64,000 nucleotides of DNA from Verrucomicrobiota bacterium (GTDB lineage Bacteria; Verrucomicrobiota; Verrucomicrobiia; Limisphaerales; J093): NCBI GenBank assembly GCA_050012855.1, contig JBEKGJ010000029.1, positions 128 to 64,127 of the forward strand. The letters run 5' to 3'. The position numbers and the translations under genes were made by a program. Positions 18,026 through 27,290 of this stretch are shown here, one piece after another. A model generated the notes under the pieces. It saw nothing but the letters and a program-made list of their open reading frames with translations, had not been told where the DNA came from and did not search any database. Within the stretch, counting starts at the first letter, position 1. The number at the start of each line of letters is the position of its first letter.

Positions 18026-19507
18026 ATGGTAACCTCCTCCGAACCCGCCGCTCCCGTCCGCATAGACACAATGCCGTCCAGTGTGCCGTTCATCGTCGGC
18101 AACGAGGCGGCCGAACGGTTCAATTACTACGGCATCGTGGCGATCATGACCCTCTACATGATCAAGGTGCTGGGCATGTCGAAGGCGGAGGCCACCGAGA
18201 TTTCCCACCTGTTCAAGTTCACGGCGTACTTCATGCCGTTGCTGGGCGCGTGGATCGCCGACCGCCTGCTCGGCCGCTACCGGACCATCCTCTGCCTTTC
18301 GCTGCTCTATTGTTTTGGCAACATGGTCATGGCGCTGACGGTCGGCACCAAGGCCGGTCTTTACATGGGGCTGTTCCTGATCGCCGTCGGCACGGGTGGG
18401 ATCAAGCCGTGCGTGTCGGCATTTGCGGGCGACCAGTTCGGGCCGGGACGCGAGCACCTGCTGCCGAAAATCTACGGCATGTTTTACTGGTCCATCAATT
18501 TTGGCTCGTTCTTCTCCTTCGGCTTCCTGCCGTCGGTGCGCGAGAACTACGGCTACCGCTGGGCGTTCGCGATTCCCGGTGTGGCGATGCTGGTGGCGAC
18601 GTTGATCTTCTGGCTGGGCACCAAAAAATACGTGATGAAGCCGCCGGTGAAGCGCACGAACCAGGCCGGCGTTTTGCGGGTGTTCTGGTACGCCGTGACG
18701 CACCTCGGCGGGCGCACCGCCGGCAAGGGCTTCTGGGACGCAGCGCGGGCGAAGTTCAACGAGAAGGAAGTGGACGGCGCCCGCGCGGTGCTGAGCATCG
18801 TGCTCATTTTTCTGCCCATCCCGCTGTTCTGGTCGCTCTTCGACCAGACCAACAGCACCTGGGTGATTCAGGGCGACGCGATGAAGACCGTCCAGCTTTT
18901 CAGTTTCCATCTGGCGCCGCAGTCGTTCATCGCGCCCTTGTTGAAGGGCTTTTTCGTGGACCAGGGCGACGGGACGCTGGCGTTCGTCCTCGACACCGAG
19001 CGGATGCAGGCGATGAACCCGCTCTACGTGATGATTCTGATCCCGATCTTCACCGCCTGGCTGTATCCGCTCGCGGAGAAGGTGGGTCTGAAGCCGTCGC
19101 CGCTGCGCCGGATGTCGGTGGGCATGCTGCTGGCCGCGGCGTCGTTCGTGTTTTGCGGTTGGATCCAGGCGCGCATGGATGCCGGCGAGCCGATGAACAT
19201 CGCCTGGCAAATGGTGTCCTACCTGCTGATCACCGCGGGCGAGGTGATGCTGTCGGTGACCGGCCTGGAGTTCGCCTTCTCGCAGGCACCCGCCTCGATG
19301 AAAAGCACGATCACCAGCTTCTGGCTCATGACCGTGGCCATCGGCAATTTCCTCGTCGCCGCCGTCACGGATTTGAACGACAAGGTGGTGAAGGCGAAGG
19401 GCGCGTCGCAGTTTTATTTCTATGCGGGGCTGACCTTCGTCGTGGCGCTGATCTTCATCTGGCTGGCGACGCGCTACAAGGAACGCAAATTCGAGCACGC
19501 CGCGTGA
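18026..19507 (+). CDS. POT/PTR2-family di-/tripeptide:proton symporter
   Basis: 'GNEAAERFNYYGIVAIMTLYM' and 'GTGGIKPCVSAFAGDQF' are POT signatures. An alternative start lies at 18071. Confidence 0.9.
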   Translation: MVTSSEPAAPVRIDTMPSSVPFIVGNEAAERFNYYGIVAIMTLYMIKVLGMSKAEATEISHLFKFTAYFMPLLGAWIADRLLGRYRTILCLSLLYCFGNMVMALTVGTKAGLYMGLFLIAVGTGGIKPCVSAFAGDQFGPGREHLLPKIYGMFYWSINFGSFFSFGFLPSVRENYGYRWAFAIPGVAMLVATLIFWLGTKKYVMKPPVKRTNQAGVLRVFWYAVTHLGGRTAGKGFWDAARAKFNEKEVDGARAVLSIVLIFLPIPLFWSLFDQTNSTWVIQGDAMKTVQLFSFHLAPQSFIAPLLKGFFVDQGDGTLAFVLDTERMQAMNPLYVMILIPIFTAWLYPLAEKVGLKPSPLRRMSVGMLLAAASFVFCGWIQARMDAGEPMNIAWQMVSYLLITAGEVMLSVTGLEFAFSQAPASMKSTITSFWLMTVAIGNFLVAAVTDLNDKVVKAKGASQFYFYAGLTFVVALIFIWLATRYKERKFEHAA

Positions 19508-19520
19508 CGCGGCCCGCCGC

Positions 19521-20120
19521 TCAGGCGTTGCGGGGAAAATGGTTTTCCACCGCCGCGCGCACCTCGTCGAGCCAGGCTGCCCGCTGGGCGGGTGAACTGG
19601 TGATGACCGGCGAGAAATTACGGCGGTAAATCGTCGGCACGCCGCACAGGCCAAACACGACCTTTCGCCAGTGAACTTCCAGCGGATCGCCGTAAACGCT
19701 TTCCTCGATTTCCTGGGGCGTGTTGGCGGTATTGAACACGAGCGCGGCGCGCGCCTTCAGCAATCCCACCGGCTTCGCGCCGCCCTGGCCGTCGGGCACG
19801 AAGTTATAGGCGCGCCCGGGCCGCAACACGCGGTCCGTCCAGCCGCACATGATTGCCGGCGGCCGGCTCCAGTAATTGGGATGCACGATGACGACGCCAT
19901 CGGCGGCGCCGATTTCCTCAACATGCCTGGCCACGAGCGGCGGCAGGACCGCGTCCCGGGCGGTTTCCGCAGCCGGCATGATGGGATCGAACCCCTCGGC
20001 CACCAGGTCGTGGAACCAGACTGTGTGACCGCCGGATTGCAGCGTGTTCGCCACGGCGGCGGCGATGGCGTGATTGAAACTGGCCGGGGCCGGATGGCCG
20101 AGGATCAGCGAAATGTTCAT
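19521..20120 (-). CDS. Flavodoxin-like-fold NAD(P)H-dependent oxidoreductase
   Basis: 'MNISLILGHPAPASFNHAIA' and 'VIVHPNYWSRPPAIMCGWTDRV' resemble Flavodoxin_2/NQO-type proteins. Confidence 0.8.
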   Translation of the reverse strand: MNISLILGHPAPASFNHAIAAAVANTLQSGGHTVWFHDLVAEGFDPIMPAAETARDAVLPPLVARHVEEIGAADGVVIVHPNYWSRPPAIMCGWTDRVLRPGRAYNFVPDGQGGAKPVGLLKARAALVFNTANTPQEIEESVYGDPLEVHWRKVVFGLCGVPTIYRRNFSPVITSSPAQRAAWLDEVRAAVENHFPRNA

Positions 20121-20165
20121 AAAGTGGTGAGGACGCCCGCGAACTCAGTGTGCGACTCCGAACTT

Positions 20166-20269
20166 GGTGGGGCGAGGCTCGGGCGAGTGTCGAGTGTCGA
20201 GCTGCGAGCGTCGAATTCGTGCGGGTTCGTGCAATTCGTGTCTCGGCTCGCGGGGACGCTCGCCCCACC
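20166..20269. repeat. 7-nt-periodic intergenic element (copy H2) closed by an 11-bp stem
   Basis: 'ggtggggcgag' (20166-20176) pairs with 'ctcgccccacc' (20259-20269). The interior consists of the heptads 'gagtgtc gagtgtc gagctgc gagcgtc gaattcg'. Confidence 0.7.
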
Positions 20270-20326
20270 GCCCCGGGCCAACGCGGACACGGCCTGGCCT
20301 GGGACGGGTTTTGGGGTGGTTGCCAT

Positions 20327-23320
20327 CTACGATTGCAAGGCGGCACGGGCCTGGCGGCGGGCGTCCTCGCGGGTCGGGTCGTTCGATGCGGGCGCGTCCA
20401 CCGCGAGTTGCCAGGCCGCGCGGGCCTCGTCCTTTCGCCCAAGCGCCGCCAGGGCCTGGCCTCGCCGAAAATAGATGTGGGCGTCGCAGGTGGTCTCCAG
20501 CCGGCCGGTGGCCAGGTTCTCCGGGTAGGTGAGGGCGCGATCGAATTCTGCGAGCGCCTCGGCCGGATGACCGGCGGCCAGTTGTGCATCGCCGAGCGCC
20601 AGATGCGCCTGCTCGAACAGATCATGCGCCTCGTGGGTGCCCTCCCAGATCGTGACCCGCACGCTGTCCAGCATCCGCGCCGTCTCGGCGAAATCGCCCA
20701 GCCGGTTGTACGAACGGGCGAGCAGGGCGGCGTAATCCGAACGTCCCCGGCCTTCCGCGAACGCGCCCTTCAAGCGGTCGCGCGCTTCGACGACGAGTTC
20801 GCGTTTGGCGGCGTCGGTGTCCGCCTTGTCGGCGAGGGCGAACAGGACGTTGACCAGGTCGCGGGCGACGATGGAATCCTTGGGATCGGCTTGATTCGCC
20901 TTTTCGAGCCATGTGCGGGCGGTTTTTAAGTCGCTGTCGAGCGTCTTGGCGGCCATGCCGAGCGCGCGACAGGCGATGACCGGTTCGGCGCCGAGTTCAG
21001 CCGCCCGCTTCCACATCTCGCGGCCTTCAGCGTAGCGACCGAGATGGAAGAGCAGGTGGCCGAGGTAGAGGGCGGCATGGCCGTCTTTGGGATCGCGATC
21101 CAGTTCCTTCTGGTAGGCGGACAGGGTCGTCAACGACGACGGGAAAAGCGAGATAGCCCTTGTCTGCGCGCGACCTCGCTGCTCTCCCAAGCCCAACAAG
21201 TTCAGCGACCAATAAGAACCAGCATCGTTGAAAACATCCTGTCGGTTGCCGAATTCCCTCAACAGCCGCAAGGACGCCTGCTGGTCCCGCAACCCGGATT
21301 CGGAAAAGTCCGCGACCAAGTCCAGCAGGCTTCGAGGGTCTGCCTGAAGCGCCTTCCGCAAGGTTACGTCTTTCGTCTCAGCACGGGCCAGCCAGAGAAT
21401 GCACAGGGCAAATGGATCGAGCGGGTCCACCGCCAGGTTCTGACGCGTCAGGTTGACGGCCCTGGCCCGGTCTCCCATTTCGAGCAAAGCGAAGGCAAGG
21501 CGGTTTCGACAGAGCGGGTCGGTCTTCCAGGGGCCGGGCTGCGCGAGAGCGTCGGCGGCCGCACGATAGCCGGCGGACCTGATCTCCAGTTTCGCCACCA
21601 AAGCCCGTCCGGCGACCGCCGTTGCCGGATCGAGGGTTGCCTTCCACGCCTCATCGAGGGCGGTCACGTTATCTTTCGACCGGTCGGCGGCCACCGCCAA
21701 AACATAGTGCGCCAGACCGGTCCCGGGTGTGATCTCTGTCGCAGCCATTGCCTCCTTCATCGCCGCTTCAGGAGCCGAGTCGAGACGCAAAAACGCCAGC
21801 CCGATGCGCGCGAGGGATGACTTGGGATCCGCTTCGAGTGCCTTCCGAAAATGGCTTTCAGCTTCCGACTGCCGCGCAAAGAGGAAGTCCTGCCAGCCGG
21901 CCTGGGCCAGTTCCGTTGCCGTCTGCGGTGCCGGCTTCTTGGTGGGGACTTCCCGCTTTGGCAAATCAAGCGGCAGAGGAAACAGGGCGAGTCTCTCGCC
22001 GCGATGCCTCAGCTCAATGGAGCACTTCCCCTTGGCGAAATCCTCGGGCACACGGAGGTCGACGACGGCGGCGCTACGTGGGGACAGATCGAAACGGGCG
22101 AGCGGGCGGCTGACGCGGTCAACATCCCAGAGCCGCACCTCCACTCCTTTCCACACCGCCGAGCCCATCAAGCGGAGGGTGAGGTTTGTCCCTTTTCGAT
22201 CCGCCAGAATCGCCACGTCCTTGTTCGCGAAGGTGAAGCCGCCGAGGCCGTGGATCGGATACCACCATTCCTGCCACTCGACCGCCTCGCACGGATCGAG
22301 CCGGCCCACCTCGCCCTGCGTGAGCAACGGCCCCGTCTGCACTTCGTTGTAAGGACCGTCGCTGTCGGTGAGGTCTTTCTGGTGCATGGTGCCGTAGCTG
22401 CCGTGACCCCACGTCCAGGCCTTCTTGCCCGGCACCTGGTGATGGTTCGCGTAGGAAACGACGCCGCGATCGAGGTCGTCGTTGTAGGATCCGAAGAAAT
22501 CCTGATCGCAGTTGTAAGCGAAAATGGACGACGCGTCCTGGTAATTGGTGCCGCGGGTGAGGTCCCGGCCATTATCAATGGGCCACTGGAAAAACTTGTC
22601 GCCGCTGTGGTCCATGCCCAGCGTCATCGGGTAGATGAAACGGAACCCCGGTGTGTTGGGCACCGCGGTGCAGTTCCAGAAATAGTAGGGCCGGATGGTT
22701 TCGGTGGGATTGTAGATGCGGATGCGCTCTTCGATGAACGAACGTCCCGGCCGCAGGGTGACCACGACCGTCCATTTGGTGTGGTAAATGCGCTCGGTCT
22801 CGCCGATGGCCACGGATTGGGAGCCGTCCTTTTCGCGCGGCAGAATCAGGACGCTCATCGGCTGCAGGCAACTGACAGTGTGGCCCTGCGGACCGGTGTT
22901 CCACTCGACGCCGCCGCTGATCCACGCCCCGCACTGGCCGATGAGGCCCGGCTTGATGACGTGGTTTACATAAAACATCGGCTCGCCGGTGGTCTTGTCG
23001 AGCACCTCGTGGATGCGCCCGCCCAGCTCCGGCAGGATGGTGATGCGCAGGAACTCATTTTCGAGGAGGACGGTCTGGTAGGTGCGGTTCGTTTTCTCGC
23101 GGCTCAGGAAATCGAGCATCGGGTAGGGGTAAATGTTGACGCCGTCGGTACCGCGGAAATAGGGGTGCTTCACCGCGGCCCAGGGATAGGTCGGCAAGGC
23201 GATTGTGCCGCGCGAGGCACGAACCGGTTCGGCGTTGGCGGGGAAAGCGGTGACGACTGCCAGCAGAAAGGGCAGCACGGCCTGGAGGAGGATGCGGGCT
23301 GACATGCCGCGAGCTTGCAC
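20327..23320 (-). CDS. Secreted DUF5107-domain protein with C-terminal TPR repeats
   Basis: It has a signal peptide. The N-terminal ~400 aa ('LENEFLRITILPELGGRIHEVLDKTTG...') resemble DUF5107, and the rest is TPR-like. Confidence 0.8.
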   Translation of the reverse strand: MQARGMSARILLQAVLPFLLAVVTAFPANAEPVRASRGTIALPTYPWAAVKHPYFRGTDGVNIYPYPMLDFLSREKTNRTYQTVLLENEFLRITILPELGGRIHEVLDKTTGEPMFYVNHVIKPGLIGQCGAWISGGVEWNTGPQGHTVSCLQPMSVLILPREKDGSQSVAIGETERIYHTKWTVVVTLRPGRSFIEERIRIYNPTETIRPYYFWNCTAVPNTPGFRFIYPMTLGMDHSGDKFFQWPIDNGRDLTRGTNYQDASSIFAYNCDQDFFGSYNDDLDRGVVSYANHHQVPGKKAWTWGHGSYGTMHQKDLTDSDGPYNEVQTGPLLTQGEVGRLDPCEAVEWQEWWYPIHGLGGFTFANKDVAILADRKGTNLTLRLMGSAVWKGVEVRLWDVDRVSRPLARFDLSPRSAAVVDLRVPEDFAKGKCSIELRHRGERLALFPLPLDLPKREVPTKKPAPQTATELAQAGWQDFLFARQSEAESHFRKALEADPKSSLARIGLAFLRLDSAPEAAMKEAMAATEITPGTGLAHYVLAVAADRSKDNVTALDEAWKATLDPATAVAGRALVAKLEIRSAGYRAAADALAQPGPWKTDPLCRNRLAFALLEMGDRARAVNLTRQNLAVDPLDPFALCILWLARAETKDVTLRKALQADPRSLLDLVADFSESGLRDQQASLRLLREFGNRQDVFNDAGSYWSLNLLGLGEQRGRAQTRAISLFPSSLTTLSAYQKELDRDPKDGHAALYLGHLLFHLGRYAEGREMWKRAAELGAEPVIACRALGMAAKTLDSDLKTARTWLEKANQADPKDSIVARDLVNVLFALADKADTDAAKRELVVEARDRLKGAFAEGRGRSDYAALLARSYNRLGDFAETARMLDSVRVTIWEGTHEAHDLFEQAHLALGDAQLAAGHPAEALAEFDRALTYPENLATGRLETTCDAHIYFRRGQALAALGRKDEARAAWQLAVDAPASNDPTREDARRQARAALQS

Positions 23321-23517
23321 ATCCAGGTTCGGAGAATCAATGCGAACCCGCGGCCGGGTTTGGCGCGGGTGAAGGCCGGTTGTGGGGCAGCCTTTCCCGT
23401 AGCGGCGCGTCGGCAGACCGCCGCACTTTGCCAGTTCAGATGGCGGCGCTCTACCGAGTCGCCGCTACGGCGATTTCGCGCTCGAAATGGCGGGGCGGGC
23501 GCGGCAGGCTGCCGCGG

Positions 23518-24696
23518 ATGCGGCTGATCGAACGGACCATCACCGTGGCTTACCGCCACCGCGTCTTCTTCACCGAAGACGTGTTCGGCGCACACAACCC
23601 GATTTTACGGGATGTGCTGGCGGAAGCGGACGCCCCGGCGCGGCCGGTGCTGGTCACCTTGGATGCCGGGTTGGCGGCGGCCCAGCCGGATTTGGCATTA
23701 AACATCGAGGCGCATTTCGCGACCTTTCCCGCGATCGCCCGGCTGGCGTGCCCGCCGGTGACGATCCGGGGCGGTGAAGCCGCGAAGAGTTCGCTGCGGC
23801 ATGTTGCGACCGTGCAGACCCTCATCGAACGCCACGGTCTGTGCCGCCATTCCCATGTCATTGCGGTCGGCGGCGGCGCCCATCTCGATGTCGTCGGCCT
23901 GGCGGCGGCGACGGCGCACCGCGGCATTCGCCATGTCCGCATCCCGACCACGACGCTGTCCCAGGCTGATTCGGGCGTCGGCGTGAAGAACGGAATCAAC
24001 GCGTTTGGCAAAAAGAACTTCATCGGCACCTTCGCCCCGCCGGCTGCCGTCATCAACGACTTTGCCTTCCTGGCCAGCCTGCCACCGCGCGAGCAGCGGG
24101 CCGGTTTCGCGGAAGCGGTGAAGGTCGCCCTGATTCGCGATCCTGGTTTTTTTGCCGAGGTCGAACGCGATGCGCCTGCGCTGGCGCGATTCGAGCCGGA
24201 GGCGGTCCGGCGTTTGGTCATCCGGTGCGCCGAGTTGCACGTGGACCACATTGCCACCAGCGGCGATCCGTTCGAGTTCGGCGCCGTGCGCCCGCTGGAC
24301 TTCGGCCACTGGGCTGCGCACAAACTGGAGGAAATGTCCGGTTACGCGTTGCGCCACGGCGAGGCGGTGGCCATCGGCCTGGCGCTGGACACGATTTATT
24401 CGCGGCGGCGGGGATTGCTCGACGCGGCGAGCTGCGAACGGGTGCTCGAATTACTGGCGCGGTTGGGCTTCGCGCTCTTCACCGGGGAATTGTCGCAGCA
24501 TGATTCGCATGGCCGGCTGCGGGTGCTGGGGGGACTTGACGAGTTCCGTGAACACCTTGGCGGTGAACTTAGCGTGACGCTGCTCACCGGCATTGGGCGG
24601 CGGATCGAGGTGCGTGAGATGGACGCCGCCCTGGTCGCGGAGGCGATTGCGGAACTGGCATGGCGCACGCGGCCGGCGTGCGGCGCCCCGGATTGA
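23518..24696 (+). CDS. 3-dehydroquinate-synthase-family sugar-phosphate cyclase (EboD-like)
   Basis: 'VIAVGGGAHLDVVGLAAATAHRGIRHVRIPTT', 'GVKNGINAFGKKNFIGTF' and 'HGEAVAIG' are DHQS-fold motifs. The start is set at 'MRLIERTITV'. Confidence 0.8.
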   Translation: MRLIERTITVAYRHRVFFTEDVFGAHNPILRDVLAEADAPARPVLVTLDAGLAAAQPDLALNIEAHFATFPAIARLACPPVTIRGGEAAKSSLRHVATVQTLIERHGLCRHSHVIAVGGGAHLDVVGLAAATAHRGIRHVRIPTTTLSQADSGVGVKNGINAFGKKNFIGTFAPPAAVINDFAFLASLPPREQRAGFAEAVKVALIRDPGFFAEVERDAPALARFEPEAVRRLVIRCAELHVDHIATSGDPFEFGAVRPLDFGHWAAHKLEEMSGYALRHGEAVAIGLALDTIYSRRRGLLDAASCERVLELLARLGFALFTGELSQHDSHGRLRVLGGLDEFREHLGGELSVTLLTGIGRRIEVREMDAALVAEAIAELAWRTRPACGAPD

Positions 24697-24702
24697 ACGC
24701 TC

Positions 24703-26142
24703 GTGAAACGCACTGTCGTGCTCAACGCGGTTGGTCTGACCGAGGGACTGCTCGGGGAGGCGACGCCGCAGTTACGCCGCTTTCGCGAGGCGGGCGTGGG
24801 CGCGCGCATCGCGCCGGCGTTCCCGGCGGTGACCTGCACCGCGCAGGCGAATTACCTGACGGGCACGACACCGGCGAAGCACGGCATTGTCGGGAACGGC
24901 TGGTACGATCACGACCTGGCCGAGATCCACTTCTGGAAGCAGTCGAACCGTCTCGTCGCCGCGCCGAAGCTTTGGGAAGAACTGCGGGCCCGCGATCCGG
25001 GGTTTACGTGTGCGGTGTTGTTCTGGTGGTTCAACCTGTATTCGACGGCGGACTGGTCCATCACGCCGCGGCCGCTGTATCCCGCCGACGGGCGAAAGGT
25101 GTTCGACATCCACACCTGGCCCCATGGGATTCGTCCGGAGATCAAACGCGATCTGGGCGAGTTTCCCTTCGCGGGATTTTGGGGGCCGGCCGCGGGCGTG
25201 AAATCACCGGCGGGCCAACCGGACGCGGCCACGCGCTGGATTGCCGAAGCGGCGAAGTGGATCGAGCGAAAACACCAGCCGACGCTCAATCTCGTTTACC
25301 TGCCGCACCTGGACTACAACCTCCAGCGATACGGTCCACTGGTGCAGGGCAGCGGAACCCGCGCGCTGAATCCAGCGATCCTGCCGGACCTGCGCGCCGT
25401 GGATTCGCTTGTCGGCGACCTGATCGGTTTCTTCCGGTCGCGCGGGGTGCAGGTGGTCATCCTTTCGGAATACGGTCTGACGAACGTGGACACGCCCGTG
25501 CATATCAACCGGGTCCTCCGCGAACACGGCTGGCTTGCTGTCAAAGACGAGCTGGGCCGCGAGACACTCGACGCCGGCGCGAGCCGGGCATTTGCGGTCG
25601 CCGACCACCAGGTGGCGCATGTCTATCTGAATGACCGTTCGATCGAGTCGGCGGTCCGGGCAGCTTTGGAACGGCAGCCCGGCGTGGCGGCGGTTCTCGG
25701 CGAGACGGAAAAGGGCAGGGCGGGCGTGAACCATTCGCGGGCCGGGGATTTGATTGCCGTGGCGCGGGAAAATGCCTGGTTCACCTATTATCACTGGCTT
25801 GACGACCGGGTGGCGCCGGATTTTGCGCGGACGGTGGACATCCACCGCAAACCCGGTTACGACCCGGTGGAGTTGTTCACCGATCCAGCGTTGTCGCCGC
25901 TGGCCCTGCGGGCAAAGGTCGCGTGGCGCCTGCTCCGGAAGCGACTCGGGTTCCGGATGCTGATGGACATCGTTCCGCTCGACGCGTCCCTGGTGAAAGG
26001 CTCGCACGGAGCGCGGCCGGCGAATCCCGCCGACTGGCCGGTGCTCTGGACCGAGCCAGGCGGCGTGGCGTTGCCGGGGTGTGTTCAGTCAACCGACGTT
26101 CGCGGCGCGCTGCGGCAGGTCGTGCTGGGATTGCCCGCCTGA
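24703..26142 (+). CDS. Nucleotide pyrophosphatase/phosphodiesterase (alkaline-phosphatase superfamily; EboF-like)
   Basis: 'FPAVTCTAQANYLTGTTPAKHGIVGNGW' contains the nucleophile Thr region. 'YLPHLDY' and 'SHG' are metal-site motifs. Confidence 0.8.
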   Translation: MKRTVVLNAVGLTEGLLGEATPQLRRFREAGVGARIAPAFPAVTCTAQANYLTGTTPAKHGIVGNGWYDHDLAEIHFWKQSNRLVAAPKLWEELRARDPGFTCAVLFWWFNLYSTADWSITPRPLYPADGRKVFDIHTWPHGIRPEIKRDLGEFPFAGFWGPAAGVKSPAGQPDAATRWIAEAAKWIERKHQPTLNLVYLPHLDYNLQRYGPLVQGSGTRALNPAILPDLRAVDSLVGDLIGFFRSRGVQVVILSEYGLTNVDTPVHINRVLREHGWLAVKDELGRETLDAGASRAFAVADHQVAHVYLNDRSIESAVRAALERQPGVAAVLGETEKGRAGVNHSRAGDLIAVARENAWFTYYHWLDDRVAPDFARTVDIHRKPGYDPVELFTDPALSPLALRAKVAWRLLRKRLGFRMLMDIVPLDASLVKGSHGARPANPADWPVLWTEPGGVALPGCVQSTDVRGALRQVVLGLPA

Positions 26143-26187
26143 CGGTGCGCCTGTCGCCTGCGCTGGTTTCGCGACACTTGGGCGCCG

Positions 26188-27015
26188 CTACTTCTTCGCC
26201 GGGGGACCGTAGCCGGATTTCGGCCGGCCGTGTTCATCGAGCTTGTCGCAGGCCCACAGCATCCCGCGGGTCAGGAGGTCGAGGAAGACCGGGTCTTCCA
26301 TGGTCCGGTTGTTGTGGGCGAGGGTCGAACCAAAGACGCGTCCCTTGCCATAGGTGTGCTGCCAGATGATGGCATTGTCCTTGGTGGTAGGCACCCAGTT
26401 GCCCGCCGCGTCCTTTTGTTTGTCCGCGGCCGTGGCCAGCACCAGGGTGTCGGGCCACACATGGTCCACCGCATAGAGTTCCTCATCGCCGGTTTTCCAG
26501 ACGGCGGGGAAGGCTTGCATGACCGAGTTCTCCGGCTTCAGGTTTTTGACATCGAGCGGATGTTGCGGGCCGTGGTGGGTGGAGGTGACGCCGAGGAACT
26601 CCCGGAACACGTTCGTCTCGAGCGCGCGGAAGGTGTGCATGGTGCAATGCAGCACGACGGCGGCGGTGCCGGCGCGATGTGGCGCCAGTACGTTGCCGAC
26701 GTAAGCCAGGTCCTTGTCGTCGGCGAAACACTCGTTATGGACGACGATGTTGTAACCCTTCGCCCAGTCGGGGTTCTGGTAAACGCTCTGTTCGATGCCC
26801 TCGTGCTTGGTCCCCGTGCCGCCCTCTTGGACGACCGTCCAGACAAAGTTGGCCCGGGCGCTGACGCCCTCGGGGATGATGAGCTTCTGCTGGTCGTAAT
26901 CGTGGCAGCAGCCACCGGTGATGTAGAGGACGCGCAGCGGGGCCGGGGCGTCGGCGGCCGAGGCAACCAAGGTCAAAGCGCCGCAGGCCAGGGCGAGTTG
27001 CAGGAATCGGTTCAT
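26188..27015 (-). CDS. ThuA-domain protein (secreted)
   Basis: It has a signal peptide, followed by 'LRVLYITGGCCHDYDQQ' and 'VVLHCTMHTF'. Confidence 0.75.
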   Translation of the reverse strand: MNRFLQLALACGALTLVASAADAPAPLRVLYITGGCCHDYDQQKLIIPEGVSARANFVWTVVQEGGTGTKHEGIEQSVYQNPDWAKGYNIVVHNECFADDKDLAYVGNVLAPHRAGTAAVVLHCTMHTFRALETNVFREFLGVTSTHHGPQHPLDVKNLKPENSVMQAFPAVWKTGDEELYAVDHVWPDTLVLATAADKQKDAAGNWVPTTKDNAIIWQHTYGKGRVFGSTLAHNNRTMEDPVFLDLLTRGMLWACDKLDEHGRPKSGYGPPAKK

Positions 27016-27290
27016 GGCGGGAAGTTGTTTCAGGATTAAATGGTCCATTCGATTTTTCCGTAGATAACCACCAACTTCCGCCGCTGTCCATGCGTTCAGC
27101 GCTTGGGTAATGTCCTAATTTCACTTGTCGGTACGGCGTGATCGCTGGTTATTTCGCTGGGAGTTCCGCCTTGAGGCGGCGCCAACCGGCTGAAGCCGGG
27201 ACTCAAACTCCGTTCGATGGTGGAAATGGAGACTACCCACCGTTGCGTTCAACAATTGTCGTGGCCGGCGGTTCCTGCTACGTTGCGGCC

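Noticed and set aside
17693-19654. A 653-aa minus-strand ORF and a 547-aa plus-strand alternative-frame ORF over the POT transporter.
   Set aside because: These are Arg/Gly/Pro/His-rich shadow ORFs, typical of high-GC DNA. The 18026..19507 frame has unambiguous POT motifs.
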